Shown: positions 1 through 12,402 of the stretch, one piece after another
Layout: every line of letters starts with the position of its first letter
Numbering within the stretch: the first letter of the stretch is position 1
Origin: Squalus acanthias
Taxonomy: Eukaryota
DNA length: 64,000 nucleotides
Reading direction: 5' to 3'
NCBI GenBank assembly: GCA_030390025.1
Contig: CM059432.1
Span: 12,958,001 to 13,022,000 of the forward strand
Program-made: the position numbers and the translations under genes
The notes under the pieces: generated by a model
Told to the model about the DNA's origin: nothing
What the model saw: only the letters and a program-made list of their open reading frames with translations
The model's database searches: none

Positions 1-34
1 AGAAACAAGACCTGGAAACAAGAATTTTACATAC

Positions 35-181
35 ATAACCGATAGATGTGGCGTTCTTCCTTCCCAGAATACACCCTGAGCTCTTGTCAATTTCCACATT
101 GTTGTCAGCATCGAGCAAATCATTCCCATCATGTTTAGTTTTTTGGCAAAGTTATACATTGCAAAGATGTGAAAGCTGACA
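35..181 (-). CDS. Candidate host-gene exon (147 nt, phase 2-2), possibly encoding a signal-peptide-like N-terminus
   Basis: Minus-strand acceptor ggttttactttttccag ends at 182 and donor gtatgt is at 34-29. Length is a multiple of 3. Only one frame is open: VSFHIFAMYNFAKKLNMMGMICSMLTTMWKLTRAQGVFWEGRTPHLSV. The sequence is non-repetitive. Confidence 0.55.
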
Positions 182-344
182 CTGGAAAAAGTAAAACCTA
201 TTAACTAATCGAGGCAAGGGCTGAAAGCTGTCTGGAACTGCTTTGGAAAGATGTGTGATCATTCTGAGCAATGGAAGTGGAGAAGGGCAATAGTCTTTTC
301 CCTTATTGAACTACTGTACTTAAAGGGCTTTTGACTGAAATATC

Positions 345-695
345 AGATGCAGGAAGGATGTTCCCGATGGCGGGGGAGTCCAGAACCAGGGGTCACAGTC
401 GAAGGATAAGGGGTAAGCCATTTAGGACAGAAATGAGGAGGAATTTCTTCACCCAGAGAGTGGTGAACCTGTGGAATTCTCTACCACAGAAGGCAGTAGA
501 GGCCAATTCATTAAATAGATTCAAGAAGGAGTTGGATATATTTCTTCAGGCTAAAGGGATCAAAGGATATGGGGAGAAAGCAGGGACAGGGTACTGAATT
601 TGGATGATCAGCCATGATCGCATTGAATGGCAGAACAGGCTCGAGGGGCCAATTGGCCTACTCCTGCTCCTATCTTCTATGTTTCTATGATTCTA
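345..695 (+). mobile_element. CR1 LINE 3' fragment
   Basis: ORF2 C-terminus FRTEMRRNFFTQRVVNLWNSLP, a 3' UTR stem-loop and a (TTCTATG)n-type tail. Confidence 0.9.
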
Positions 696-943
696 TATAT
701 AGGCCGGAATTTTGCCGGTCCTCAGAGTGCAGGGTTGGAGGCGGGACCGCTGTCAAAATCGCAAAGATTGACAGCGGACAGGAAACCCGCTGTCAACCCG
801 CCTCCAATCAATCTTCCCAACTAACAAACAGGCACCAGCAGGAATAAAGTATCCTGCGTGTCGCAAGAAGTATACAAAATAAAAAATTAACTCATCCAAT
901 TTATAGCCATTAAGGTGCTCCCTAGTCTATCATTTTTATAAGA

Positions 944-1222
944 ATGAAAGACTTGTATTTCTATAGCTCCTTTCACGACCTCAGGATGTCCCAAAGCGCT
1001 TTACAGCCAATGAAGTACTTCTGCAGTATAGTCACTGTTGTAATGTAGGAAACACGGCAGGCAATCTGCGCACAGCAAGCTCCCACAAATAGCAATGAGA
1101 TAAATGAGCAGATCATCTGTTTTAATGATTTTGGTTGAGGGTGAATATTGGCAAGGGCACTGGGAAGAACTCCGTGCTCTTCTTCGAAATAGTGTCGTGG
1201 GATCTTTTACATCCACCTGAGA
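944..1222 (-). mobile_element. tRNA-derived Deu-domain SINE (SacSINE1-like), partial
   Basis: Reverse complement of the core GGAGCTTGCTGTGCGCA..TTG and the L2-like 3' tail shared with the other copies. Confidence 0.8.
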
Positions 1223-1481
1223 TTTATGCAAGTGTCTCACTCACAAGGTCAGTATTATCACTTAGCCCTGGAGTTAGGGTTCTAATGTCGTTTTTTTTAT
1301 CATCTTTGTAACCACTGGATGACTTCAGTCATAAGTTTCATTCCTGATAAATGCATCCTTTCATTTCAGCCCAATTTTATATGCAGATAGAAAATTCAAA
1401 AGAATGGAGCCACATCAAGTGTACATCCTCAAATGGTTCTTAAGTGCACACTGAATAAGGAAAAAGACTTGATTTGCATTT

Positions 1482-1625
1482 ATTGCTCCACCATTGGTGG
1501 CCGTGCCTCCAGCTGCCTAGATCCTAAGCTCTGGAATTCCTTCCCTAAATCTCTCCACCTCTCCACTTCTCTTTCCTCCTTTAAGATGCTCCTTAAAACC
1601 TACCTCTTCGACCAAGCATTTTTCT
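1482..1625 (+). mobile_element. L2 LINE 3' fragment
   Basis: Translates to LWNSFPKSLHLSTSLSSFKMLLKTYLF, the L2 ORF2 C-terminal motif. Confidence 0.7.
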
Positions 1626-1980
1626 GACTTTTCCTTTCTGTCTCTTTTTTCTCTCTCTCTTAATCCAATCTTCTTTTCCCTCTCTTTATTCCTCTTTATG
1701 TGCCTGATTTTGACATTGAATTCATCCACTCTAATTTACACTTCCTTTTCAGTCCTTCCGCTATTTATTTCTCAATCCTTCAATCTGATTGGTTTGGGAG
1801 ATACCCTGTTGCTTGTCCTGTTCACTCAGGTCCCAGATGCCCTGTTTCCCTCGCTGCGATGTTATCCGCTCGCACTTTCAGCAACTTAGTGGGCAAACAT
1901 TTTTTGAGCTGAAGGGTGCGGGGTCATGTCTAACTAACGGCAGACACCATTGGATGCCCTGCTACAGCAAAATGTGGCCC
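1626..1980. mobile_element. Harbinger-like MITE fragment (same family as 24408-25194 and 25561-26305)
   Basis: Shared internal sequence cctgattt(t)gacattgaatt and terminal gcaaaatgtggccc. Confidence 0.6.
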
Positions 1981-4369
1981 ATAATGTATGGTTCCAGTAT
2001 ATAGAAAGGGGAAGGCTACAAAACTCTTCTTCAGGCAGCACCAGTGGACAGAGCGAAAAGTGGCATCTCATAAATATGTTTTTGTTTTTAGTTTCTGGTG
2101 AATTTTGCACTGATCAAAGTGAAACGTTTCATTGCTGAGGTTTGGCACATTGCTGTCTTTTTTTGCAACTGTCAGCTCTTATATGCCGGGTGTATCATAG
2201 ATCGCATGGTAAGGGTAAAGCTGCATCTCCTCTACCCCAATGTGTCTTAATCACATCCTGACCAGTGCACTCCTTCCTGCTCTATAATGTGACGCTTTCA
2301 TTTCCTGCCTCATCCATCCTTGTGGCTACTTTGATTGAGTTTACCAATCATGCCAATTTGTGCTGAATCTTTCTGCTGCGGCCTCACGCACATTGGAAAC
2401 TGGGTCGCGATTGCTCTAAACTCATTTCACTTAGAGCCCTTGCAGCCAGAAAGGGACTGGGCTGAATTCATACCAGGGTTCTGAGGATGAAAGGATGGCT
2501 CTCTAATCCACTGCCCATTAAGGCCCCTTGAACTTACTTCCTTTTCAGCGCGTATCCTTAGAACCACATGTGGCATAATACATAGGATATTAGTTGGAAG
2601 AACTGAATAGCATTTAGCACTTCTTTAGCATATACCCAATCAACATCTTGCACAGCAAAGATCAATGATGCAAAAACTCAACGTAAGAACACCACCAGTG
2701 ACAGAAATTGCAGTCTGGACTGTCACGATGACCTGTGGAGCGGCAATTATCAAGATGCACCATCTCGATGTTAGTTTGGATTACATTCTGATCTCTCATT
2801 GTCAGTTTAAACTAACTGTGAATTAAATTGTTTTGGACAAGACTGGTGAGAATGGCAAAGTCTAAAATCCTGCTCAGTTGCCATCCTCCTGTACAACACA
2901 GTACATGTCACTTGACACCACCCATTGCTCACCCTGATTCATTCATAGCTAAGTGTAAACAGTAGGCAGATTGACCTCAATGCGGATCAGTGTGATCAAA
3001 TTGAATTTATTCCCCAGAGTGAAGGTATTTATTCAGATTAAAGTTCAGCGCCCTAACCAATACTTCCTCCCTGAACCCCTGCTAACTATTAAACTGCTCC
3101 CTACGGCCCTGGTGTAAACAAGATATACCAGCAGGACAGGCTATCCCGGTTACACATCTTCCCAATAAATAAAGTAAATTATTACAGGATGTTAGTTTAT
3201 CTTGACTCTATATCCACTATAAGTAACTGCATGTGTTTCTGGGTTGGTTTTCTTGGAACCTTGGGCTTATTCCAGATTTTATGAATTTTGTGATGTTCAG
3301 CCAACTTTCATGAGACTTAACACTCTGCTTATCTATAAAATACTCTAGGTGCTCAAGGCCCCGATCCAGCTATAAAAAAAAAGGGCAGACAAGTCATTTT
3401 AATACATTTAGATCCCAAATGGAAAAAAAAATTCATTAAATTACATACCAATTTCACTAAGGAAACCACTTTCGGAAAGAACGCTGTTTAATATACTTCC
3501 AATTGCCAATCAGCTTAAGACCCTTCACCCACAATAATCTTGTGTTTACTATCTGTGTTTTTGAATCTGTTTATCCAGCACAGGGTCGTTTAAGGATTTT
3601 TTTTAATACTTAGTTGGTAACTGTAGTGTACATATTGAGGACTGTACGTATTACGGCTCCATATACATTGGCAAACTTGTTTGCGAATTTTATGCTCGTC
3701 AAGGGAAGGAATGCTGTGGAATATTTGGCACAGTGTCACCATCAAGTACTCCCAAATTAAGTAATCAGAGTAAAGCCCCCTTTATGCTGTCCTCAGCCTC
3801 GGAAAACCACCGCCTTCTCCATGACGGCGACTTTTTCACTCCCCTTCACCAGCAATGATTTCAGCCTCTCTGGGTGAGATTATCAATTGGTGCCAAATTA
3901 CGCGCAGTTTTGTGCTGTGGACTCACAATAAACATTTTTGGCACAGCGGATTTCTGCAGCCGACCTCCCGCCCATCCACCATAATTTCAACAGAAGAGCC
4001 GTGGCAAGTCCAGGAAATTCACCCTCTTAAATTCATTTCATTTCAGACGCTTACTTACAGCTGCAGAGACAGAAGACTTTTATCACATCAGTTTGCTTTT
4101 GGATTTAAGTCCAGGTCCCCGAAGCGGGAAAAAATAGTGCTCTAATGTAATAACCCATCCACCTATTCCCGTTATCTACACTGATATCCTCAAATAAATT
4201 CCATTCAAGCATGGCCCACCCTCTACAAATCCGGACTGGCTGTGCCAGATTAGCTCATGCCTTTCTCCGTCAGGGTGATTTATTTGTCCATTTTAATATG
4301 CAAGACCATCTGTGCTTTATGTGGAGCAGGCACTTTGTGTGCAGGTCACGTAATTAGAGCCTGCCTTAA

Positions 4370-4640
4370 GATTCTTCCTGTCGTTGTTCAGCAGCATTTC
4401 TATAGGCTGAGTGCTCACCTCTGCCAATGGTGGCAGCTCGCCCTCCTCTTCCAACTGGTCCGTGGTGATGCCTCTTGTATGATTGTGCAAATTGCAACAG
4501 GCCATGGTGAGCTTTGATTGGGGGGGCTCAGGGCCTCTGTGCTCTTACATGTGACATCAGCAACACCCTGTACTTTGCAGAAACCTACTGCCATGTCGAA
4601 AACGTGCAGTGATCTTGCGTGCTGCTGCCTGATTTCCATG
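4370..4640 (-). mobile_element. Possible degraded PIF/Harbinger transposase C-terminal fragment
   Basis: Minus-strand translation LTMACCNLHN followed by an acidic stretch resembles the ACCxLHN motif of HARBI1-type transposases; frameshifted. Confidence 0.35.
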
Positions 4641-5023
4641 GGAAAAGTGATGAGGGAGTGGGCCGAAACCCAAATTAGTGACTTCTGTGATGGAAAAATA
4701 TATAAAAAAGCACCTCGCTTTATTATTGCAGCAAAACGAACCTATGAAAGTAATAATGCACCTTCAAGAGTGCATTTCCAAAACGATTGTCCGGTCCTTC
4801 TCTCTAACGCATGTTTAAAATGATCACTCAAAAAAACATTGGTGCATTCCTGGCAAATAACACAGAAAATGACACTCCATTTGATTGGATTGAATCATTT
4901 CTGGGCCTTAAAGAACAAGAGCCGTCTGTGCTGAAATCAAGACCTGAACCAGGCCTAAGCCTGATTTTCCATTGATCAGAGGAATTGGCACAGTGATCGC
5001 TAGTATTTTTATTAAATATAAAA

Positions 5024-5456
5024 GTGTCAGCTGTGGCTCAGTTAGTAGCCTCTGAGTCAGAATTGGTTGTGGGTTCAAGTCCCACTCCAGGGACTTGAGT
5101 GCAAAAATCTAGGCTGACACTCCCAGTGTAGTACTGAGGGAGTGCTGCACTTCGGAGGATGAGATGTTAAACCGAGGCCCTATCTACTCTCTCAGGTGGA
5201 CTATTTCAAAGACGAGCAGGGGAGTTACCCCCGGTGTCCTGGCCAATATTTGTCCCTCAACCAACATCACTAAAAGAGATTATCCGGTCATTATCTCATT
5301 GCTGTTTGTGGGAGCTTGCTGTGCGCAAATTGGCTCCCACATTTCCAACATTACTACAGTGACTACACTTCAAAAAGTACTTCATTGACTGTAAAGCGCT
5401 TTGAGATGTCCGGTGGTCATTAAAGGCGCTATAGAAATGCAAGTCTTTCTTTCTTT
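5024..5456 (+). mobile_element. tRNA-derived Deu-domain SINE (SacSINE1-like)
   Basis: A-box TGGCTCAGTTAG, B-box GGTTCAAGTCC, central GCTTGCTGTGCGCAAATTGG and a (CTTT)n tail. Confidence 0.85.
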
Positions 5457-7511
5457 TAAACATCATTCACTATCAGGCAATTTTGAGGCAATCAGACAAT
5501 GAGGTTGCACTACTGACGTGGTGCATTTAAGGCCTCATTTAAGCATTGAAAATGATTGCTGAAAGATTGCTCACTGCACTAATCTAGCAGGGATCTGTCA
5601 AAAGAGATTCAACACCTGATTTCCCAACTCCCACTTACAAGTTCTGCACTGGCCGGATTGATACTGCGGACTGGAAAATACACCTTTTTGTGTTAAACTA
5701 TTAGTGAGATAGACAAAAACCCACTGCTAGGTCATCAGGGATTTGGCACAAATCAACCTGAACCAGCAGGGAATCAGACATAGCAACATAGGAACAGGAG
5801 AACATTCAGCCCCTCGAGCCTGTTCCACTATTCAATTAGATCATAGCTGATCTGTGTCTTAACTCCATCTACCCACTTTGGTTCTGTAACCCTACAGTGT
5901 GTAATCCTACAATGTGTACAGGATTCCTTTCTAACACAATATGTAAAAAATCCAACAAGGGAGGATTCGCTATTGGATCTAGTAATGGGGAATGAACCAG
6001 AGCAGATAAGAGAAGTAAAAGTCGGGGAACATCTAGGCAATAGTGATCATAATATAATACTCTTTAAGATAATAATTGAGAAGGACATAAGTATGACAAA
6101 AATCATGGTAATAGATTGGAGAAAAACTGATTTTGAGGGGCTGAGAATAGAACTTGGGAAAATAAAATGGACAACAATATTGGCAAACAATGACATCGAA
6201 CACCAATGGGAAACATTTAAAATGGTATTCAACAGAGTCAAGGAAAAATATATTCTGCTAAAAAACAAGAACAAACTAAACACCAATGAGACACCATGGA
6301 AGAATAAAGCCATAAGTGAAAAATTGAGGGTAAGGAAAGAGGCATACATTAAGTACATGGACAGCAGGGGAGAGCATGATAAGGGAGAATATGAAGAGAT
6401 TAGGAGAGAAGTCAAAAAAACAATTAGGAAGGCAAAGAGGAACTATAAAATTAAATTATCAAGGAACATAATAGTAAAATATTTTACAGGCACATAAATA
6501 AAAAAAGGAAGGTCTGGATAGGAATAAGACCACTAAGGGATGGACAGAATAATACCACAGGCAACGATAGAAAGATGGCAGAAATATTAAATAATTATTT
6601 TGCTTCAGTATTTACCAGGGAGAAAGAACAGGTGGACATGACATCAGATGATGAGATTAGTAATGAGATAACTGCATTTAAAATAAAAAGAGGAGATATA
6701 CTAAATAAACTAATCAAACTCAAAGAGGATAAAATCCCTGGTCTGGATGGATTACATCCGCGCATTTTAAAAGAATCTAGGGAAGAGATAGCAGAGGCAT
6801 TACTACACATATTTAATAATTCACTAGTACAAGGTGTAGAGCCAGAGGACTGGCGGATAGCTAACGTAATACTTATATTTAAGAAGGGAGATAGAACATG
6901 TCCAGGGAACTATGGACCAGTCAGCTTAACATTAGTGGTAGGAAAAATAATGGAATCCCTACTAAAGGAGAAAATAGAAGAACATCTAGAAACCAAACAT
7001 ATAATAATGAATAGCCAGCATGGATTTCAAAAGGGAAAATCTTGCTTGACCAATCTCATTGAATTTTTTGAAGAGGTAACAGAGCAGACAAGGGTAATGC
7101 AGTAGATGTAATTTATCTAGATTTTCAAATGGCCTTCGATAAGGTACCGCATAACAGACTAATGAATAAGGTCAGAGAATACGGAGTCAGGGACAAGTAG
7201 CAGGATGGATAGCTAGCTGGCTTCAAGACAGAAAGCAGAGAGTGGGGGTAAAGTGTAGCTATTCACAGTGGCAGAAGGTGGGAAGTGGTGTTCCACAAGG
7301 ATCAGTGCTGGGACCACTGTTGTTCACAATTTATATTAACGATTTAGACTTTGGAATCAAAAACACAATTTCTAAATTTGCAGATGACACCAAATTGGGG
7401 GGGGAAGTTAATACTGAGGAGGACTGCAACAAATTACAGGAAGACATTAATAAACTTGCAGAATGGGCATATAATTGGCAAATGAATTTCAACACAGATA
7501 AATGTGAGGTA

Positions 7512-8074
7512 CAGGTTGCGCGTCCTGAATCCGGCAACCTTGGGACCGAGGCTGAGCCGGTTTTCGTGTTTTTCCGGACTTCGGAACGTGTTTCTGATGT
7601 CCGAAGTTCGGAAATATTGCAACCTGGGCTCGGTCATTTCCGGACTTCGGACATCAGAAACACATTCCGAGTCCGGAAATGCCTGGGCCGCTCCGCGTAG
7701 CGCTGACGTGTTTCTCCACCCCTCCCCTTCTGTTAAAGGGGAGGGACGCTGCGAGCTCTGCAGAGCATCTGCTGGCCCACACTAGGCCACCAGGGCGGCG
7801 TGGTGCCGTGGCCGCAGCCTGGCGGAAACACTTAGTGGAGCTGTGCAGATTAAGGAGGATAAAACACAACACTAAAGTTTTATTGCATCACTCGCATTTT
7901 TCATAGGATTTTTCAAAAAAAGACAACAAAAGTTAATGGCTTTTTGAAGTGCAGGTTGAGCGTCCAAAATCCGGAGTTCCGGATTCTGGAACATTTTACG
8001 GATTCCGGACAACCCTGCCACCAATCGTCCCGGAGTCCGGATTCCGGAACTCCGGATTTTGGACTCTCAACCTG
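7512..8074. mobile_element. Tc1/mariner-pogo (Tigger-like) non-autonomous element containing an internal 123-bp MITE-like unit (7952-8074)
   Basis: TA duplicated on both sides (7510-7511, 8075-8076); TIRs CAGGTTG.G.GTCC..AATCCGG; splits the CR1 reading frame at KCEV|LHFG. Confidence 0.85.
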
Positions 8075-8532
8075 TATTACATTTTGGTAGGAAGAATAGG
8101 GAAGTCACTTATTACTTGGAGGGTAGGAGTTTGGGTGGGATAGAGGAGCAAAGGGATCTCGGAGTACAAATACACAAATCACTAAAAGTAGTGACACAGG
8201 TTAACAAGGCCATAAAAAGGCAAACCAGGCGCTAGGGTTTACTTCTAGAGGGATAGAATTGAAAAGTAGTGAAGTTATGCTAAACTTGTATCGAACCTTG
8301 GTTAGACCACACTTGGAGTACTGTGTACAATTCTGGTCACCATATTATAAAAAGGATATAGAGGCACTGGAGAGGGTGCAGAAAAGATTTACAAGGATGA
8401 TACCAGAAATGTGAGGTTATACCTATCAGGAAAGGATGAAAAGGTCTCTTTTTCTCTTGAAAAGAGAAGGCTGAGGGGTGACCTAATAGAGGTCTTTAAA
8501 ATTATGAAAGGTTTTAATAGAGTAGACACAGA

Positions 8533-9221
8533 GGCCAAAATTTTCCTTTAAAAATACGGGTGGGGTTGGAGCGTGGGGGCAGTTAAAGTATTAAAAGTGG
8601 GATTCCTGACCTGATCCCCCTCCAACCCGCCCACTCCGGTTTTGCCAGAGGTGGGGCGGGGCGGGCGCAACCAACCCGCTCCCAGGGGGCGTTACCTCAA
8701 TTTAAATATTGTAATGAGGCTGGAAGCCTCTATTTTTCCCTCCAGTTTGAATTTAACTGCCTGTGGACGGGTTTCACACAATTTGTGAAACTCAGCAGTT
8801 AAACCGAGATGGGGACTGCTGCATCCAGGAGGTAAGTGGATTTTTACCTACCTCATGGATCCAGGGTCCCAGCCTAACTCAACCCCTGCGATTGGAGATG
8901 TCCCCCCCCCAGGGCCTCCAATCGACTTCCCAGGCCTTCCGCCCGCCCCCACCCCCCCCCCCCCCCCCAAGGATGGTGATGAGGTCGGCCATGATCCTCC
9001 AGCCCCCCCTGCCGATCCTCCGCCCAACCCAATCCCTGGCCGACCACCCCCCCGCGTGATCCCCCATCCCCCCCCACGATCGACCCTTCGCAACTGAGGC
9101 CTTCCCCACCACCTCCCTTCCAAGCTGGCGGGTTGTGGGTGGGAAACCGAGGCATCCTGGGTTTCCAGCCCGCCTCGGAGGCCCCCACCCCCAACCCGCC
9201 TACTCGAAGCAAATTCTGGCC
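8533..9221. mobile_element. PIF/Harbinger-like MITE
   Basis: TIRs GGCCAAAATTT / AAATTCTGGCC; 3-bp TSD AGA (8530-8532, 9222-9224); interrupts the CR1 at RVDT|ERMFP. Confidence 0.75.
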
Positions 9222-9987
9222 AGAGAGAATGTTTCCACTTGTGGGGAAGAGCATAACTAGAGGCCATCAATATAAGATAGTCACCAAGAAATCCAATAGG
9301 GAATTCAGAAGAAACTTCTTTACCCAGAGTGGTGAGAATGTGGAACTCACTACCACAGGGAGTGGTTGAAGCGAATAGTATAGATGCATTTAAGGGGAGG
9401 CTAGACAAGCATATGAGGGAAAAGGGAATAGAGGGTTATGCTGATAGATTTAGATGAGGAAAGACGGAAGGAGGCTCGAGTGGAACATAAACGCCGGCAT
9501 GGACTGGTTGGACCGAATGGCCTGTTTCTGTGCCGTATATCCTATGTAATCCTATGTAACCCTTTCATAACAAAAATCTATCAATCTCAGTTTTGAACTT
9601 TTCAATTGACCTAGCCTCAACAGCTTTTTGAGTTCCAGATTTCCGCTACCGTTTGTGTGAAGAAGTGCTTCCTGACATCACCTCTGAAGGCCCTAGCTCT
9701 GATTTTAAGGTTCTGCCCCCTTGTTCTGAACTCCCCCACCAGAGGAAATGTTTCTCTCTATCTACCCCATCAAATCCTTTAATCATCTTAAACACCTCAA
9801 TTAGATCACCCGTTAATCTTCTATACTCAAGGGAATACAAGCCTAGTCTATGCAACCTGTCCTCATAATTTAACCCTTTTAGCCCAGTTTCATTCTGGTG
9901 AAAGACACAAACCTACTACTGGAATCATGCATAAACTTACCACTGTAACAACAGTAGCAGGGATAAATCCACCACCAGACCAACTTA

Positions 9988-10650
9988 AGACATAAACTCA
10001 CTACTGGACCAATAGGAATCAGACATAAACTCACCACTGGACCAATAGGAATCAGACATAAACTCACCACTGGACCAATAGGAATCAGACATAAACTCAC
10101 CACTGGACCAATAGGAATCAGACATAAACTCACCACTGGACCAATAGGAATCAGATATAAACTCACCACTGGACCAATAGGAATCAGATATAAACTCACC
10201 ACTGGACCAATAGGAATCAGATATAAACTCACCACTGGACCAATAGGAATCAGATATAAACTCACCACTGGACCAATAGGAATCAGACATAAACTCACCA
10301 CTGGACCAATAGGAATCAGATATAAACTCACCATAAGACCAATAGGAATCAGATATAAACTCACCATAAGACCAATAGGAATCAGATATAAACTCACCAT
10401 AAGACCAATGTGAATCAGACATAAACTCACCACTGGACCAATAGGAATCAGACATAAACTCACCACTGGACCAATAGGAATCAGACATAAACTCCCCATA
10501 AGACCAATAGGAATCAGACATAAACTCAACACTGGACCAATAGGAATCAGACATAAACTCACCATTGGACCAATAGCAACGTGATATAAACTCACCACTG
10601 GACCAATAGGAATCAGATATTAACTCACCACTGGACCAATAGGAATCAGA
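9988..10650. repeat. 33-bp minisatellite, about 20 copies, with degenerate flanking units
   Basis: Unit AGA(C/T)ATAAACTCACCACTGGACCAATAGGAATC repeated head-to-tail; 11-aa periodic ORFs confirm the 33-bp period. Confidence 0.95.
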
Positions 10651-11574
10651 TGTAATCTGGACCATCGAGGAAATCAGACATATACGCTTAGATAATCACC
10701 AGGGAATCCAACACATATCAACCTGGACTTTCCAACAAAATGGACACACATCCAGCACTGGACTATCAGGAAAGTCAGGCATAGCCCCACCTGGTCCAGC
10801 AGGGATTCAGAAGCAGACCCACCATGGCAGCTTGGAAATAACTCTATATAAAATTCAGTGCTTTGAATGGAGCTGGGTCAGGATTAACCGATCCAGGCAA
10901 GTTCACTTGCTGGATATATACTCGCTGCATTGATCACAAGGTGGTGCTTTACAGCTGCTGAAGTAATATGGAGAAAGATTAGGGGCCCATTTTTTTAAGC
11001 TGCATTTTGCTCTGAAATCAGTGGCCCTGAAAACCTGTGGTGCTTTAACCAGTTGTGCACCGTAACTTCTGCGGGAGACAGGTGGAGCTCACCGGAAAAT
11101 GGCAAGGACCCAATTGTATTCGGTCCCCTGCCATTGCTGGGATTTTCCAGCCTGCCTTGTAAGGGGCAGAATCTCTACTTGTCCTATCAAAGGCAATTGT
11201 CAACAGGGGACTGGAGCCAGGGGCAAGGAGTTCCTACATCGGGAGTTCCCACTTCCTTGACTCAGTCGGGCCCCACATGATACTGAAGGCTGACATACTG
11301 AGGGAGATGAGGCATACCAGCCTTCAGATGGGCTGTAGTGGGTCCCGTGAGGAGCAGGGACGGGGGTGGGGGAGGGGGGGGGGGTTGGGTGCAGTGGGGG
11401 TGAGGAAAGTTTCAGGCCAGGGAAGCGACCTGGAACCCAGAAGAATGCCTCAAATGTTATTTTAAAAAATTGAGATTCACATCTCTGGAAAAGGAGGAAG
11501 TATCCATGGGACCTGGGAAGGGTGGGGGCATGGACAGCCTCTCCCCACTCGACCACCCATTGGATTTTCTGGCT

Positions 11575-12013
11575 GCATTTTTTTTTATATTCATTTACGG
11601 GATTTGGGCGTCGCTGGCAAGGCCAGCATTTATTGCCCATCCCTAATTGCACTTGAGAAGGTAGTGGTGAGTCACCTTCTTGAACCGCTGCAGTCCGTGT
11701 GGTGAAGGTACTCCCACAGTGCTGTTAGGTAGGGAGTTCCAGGATTTTGACCCAGTGGCAATGAAGGAACGGCGATTATATTTCCAAGTCAGGATGGTGT
11801 GTGACTTGGAGGGGAACTTGGAGGTGATGGTGTTCCCATGTGCCTGCTGCCCTTGTCCTACTAGGTGGTAGAGGTCGCGGGTTTGGGAGGTGCTGCCAAA
11901 GAAGCCTTGGCGAGTTGCTGCAGTGCATCTTGTAGATGGTACACACTGCAGCCACGGTACGCCGGTGGTGGAGGGAGTGAATGTTTAAGGTGGTGGATGG
12001 GTTGCCAATCAAG
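11575..12013 (-). mobile_element. CR1-superfamily (Zenon-like) LINE 3' fragment
   Basis: LNIHSLHHRRTVAAVCTIYKMHC; 3' end GGGCAATAAATGCTGGCCTTGCCAGCGACGCCC followed by an A-rich tail. Confidence 0.8.
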
Positions 12014-12144
12014 CATGGGGTACCGGAGTTGCAACCATAGTTGGCACTTTCACCCCATGTAAATCAGCTGCCCTCCCACGGACGTCACCAACTCCCACAG
12101 ATTTTCAGGGAACGGTGTTTTTTACTTCAGTGACATCCTACAAC

Positions 12145-12402
12145 TAGGGTTGCCACCCTCCAGGATTGCCCTGGAGTCTCCGGGAATTAAAGATTAATCT
12201 CCGGGACACTGCTGGGAGTAACCCCGGGAGAAAAATCACAGGGGCATCAAGAAAATTTGTGTGTGGGGTTTTTTTTTCAATTTCTTGGAACACTTTTGTT
12301 TATTGGTTATAAAAGTATTTAAGATGGGAAAAAAGGCTGTTTGAGCGGGAGATCATGTGGTGAATCCTCCAGCGACACGTCCAACCCAAGTTGGCAAGCC
12401 TA
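12145..12402. mobile_element. hAT-superfamily (Blackjack-like) MITE
   Basis: TIR TAGGGTTGCCA / TGGCAAGCCTA; perfect 8-bp TSD CCTACAAC (12137-12144, 12403-12410). Confidence 0.85.

Larger units (their letters stand above)
5894..9554 (+). mobile_element. 5'-truncated CR1 LINE (endonuclease C-terminus, RT, 3' UTR) interrupted by two DNA-transposon MITEs
   Basis: Motifs HLGNSDHNII, QHGFQKGKSCLTNL, GVPQGSVLGPLLF and KFADDTK; (ATCCTATGTA)n tail; TSD TGTAACCCT at 5885-5893 and 9555-9563. Confidence 0.9.
5778..9900 (-). mobile_element. Older CR1 3' fragment (5778-5893 plus 9555-9900) split by the plus-strand CR1 at 5894-9554
   Basis: Tail at about 5780; sequence resumes after the duplicated TGTAACCCT; the 9646-9855 ORF reads RLGLYSLEYRRLTGDLIEVFKM. 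Confidence 0.75.

Noticed and set aside
2215..3935. Two weakly similar segments (about 2215-2400 and 3765-3935)
   Set aside because: Probably an ancient dispersed repeat, but too degenerate to define by eye
8763..9254. Proline/glycine-rich ORFs
   Set aside because: They come from C/G homopolymer runs inside a MITE
9988..10650. CRISPR-like array
   Set aside because: The units are directly adjacent with no unique spacers, there are no cas genes, and the context is eukaryotic
9879..10665. 226-aa and 239-aa repeat ORFs as genes
   Set aside because: They are open only because the 33-bp unit has no stop in those frames; no splice or homology support
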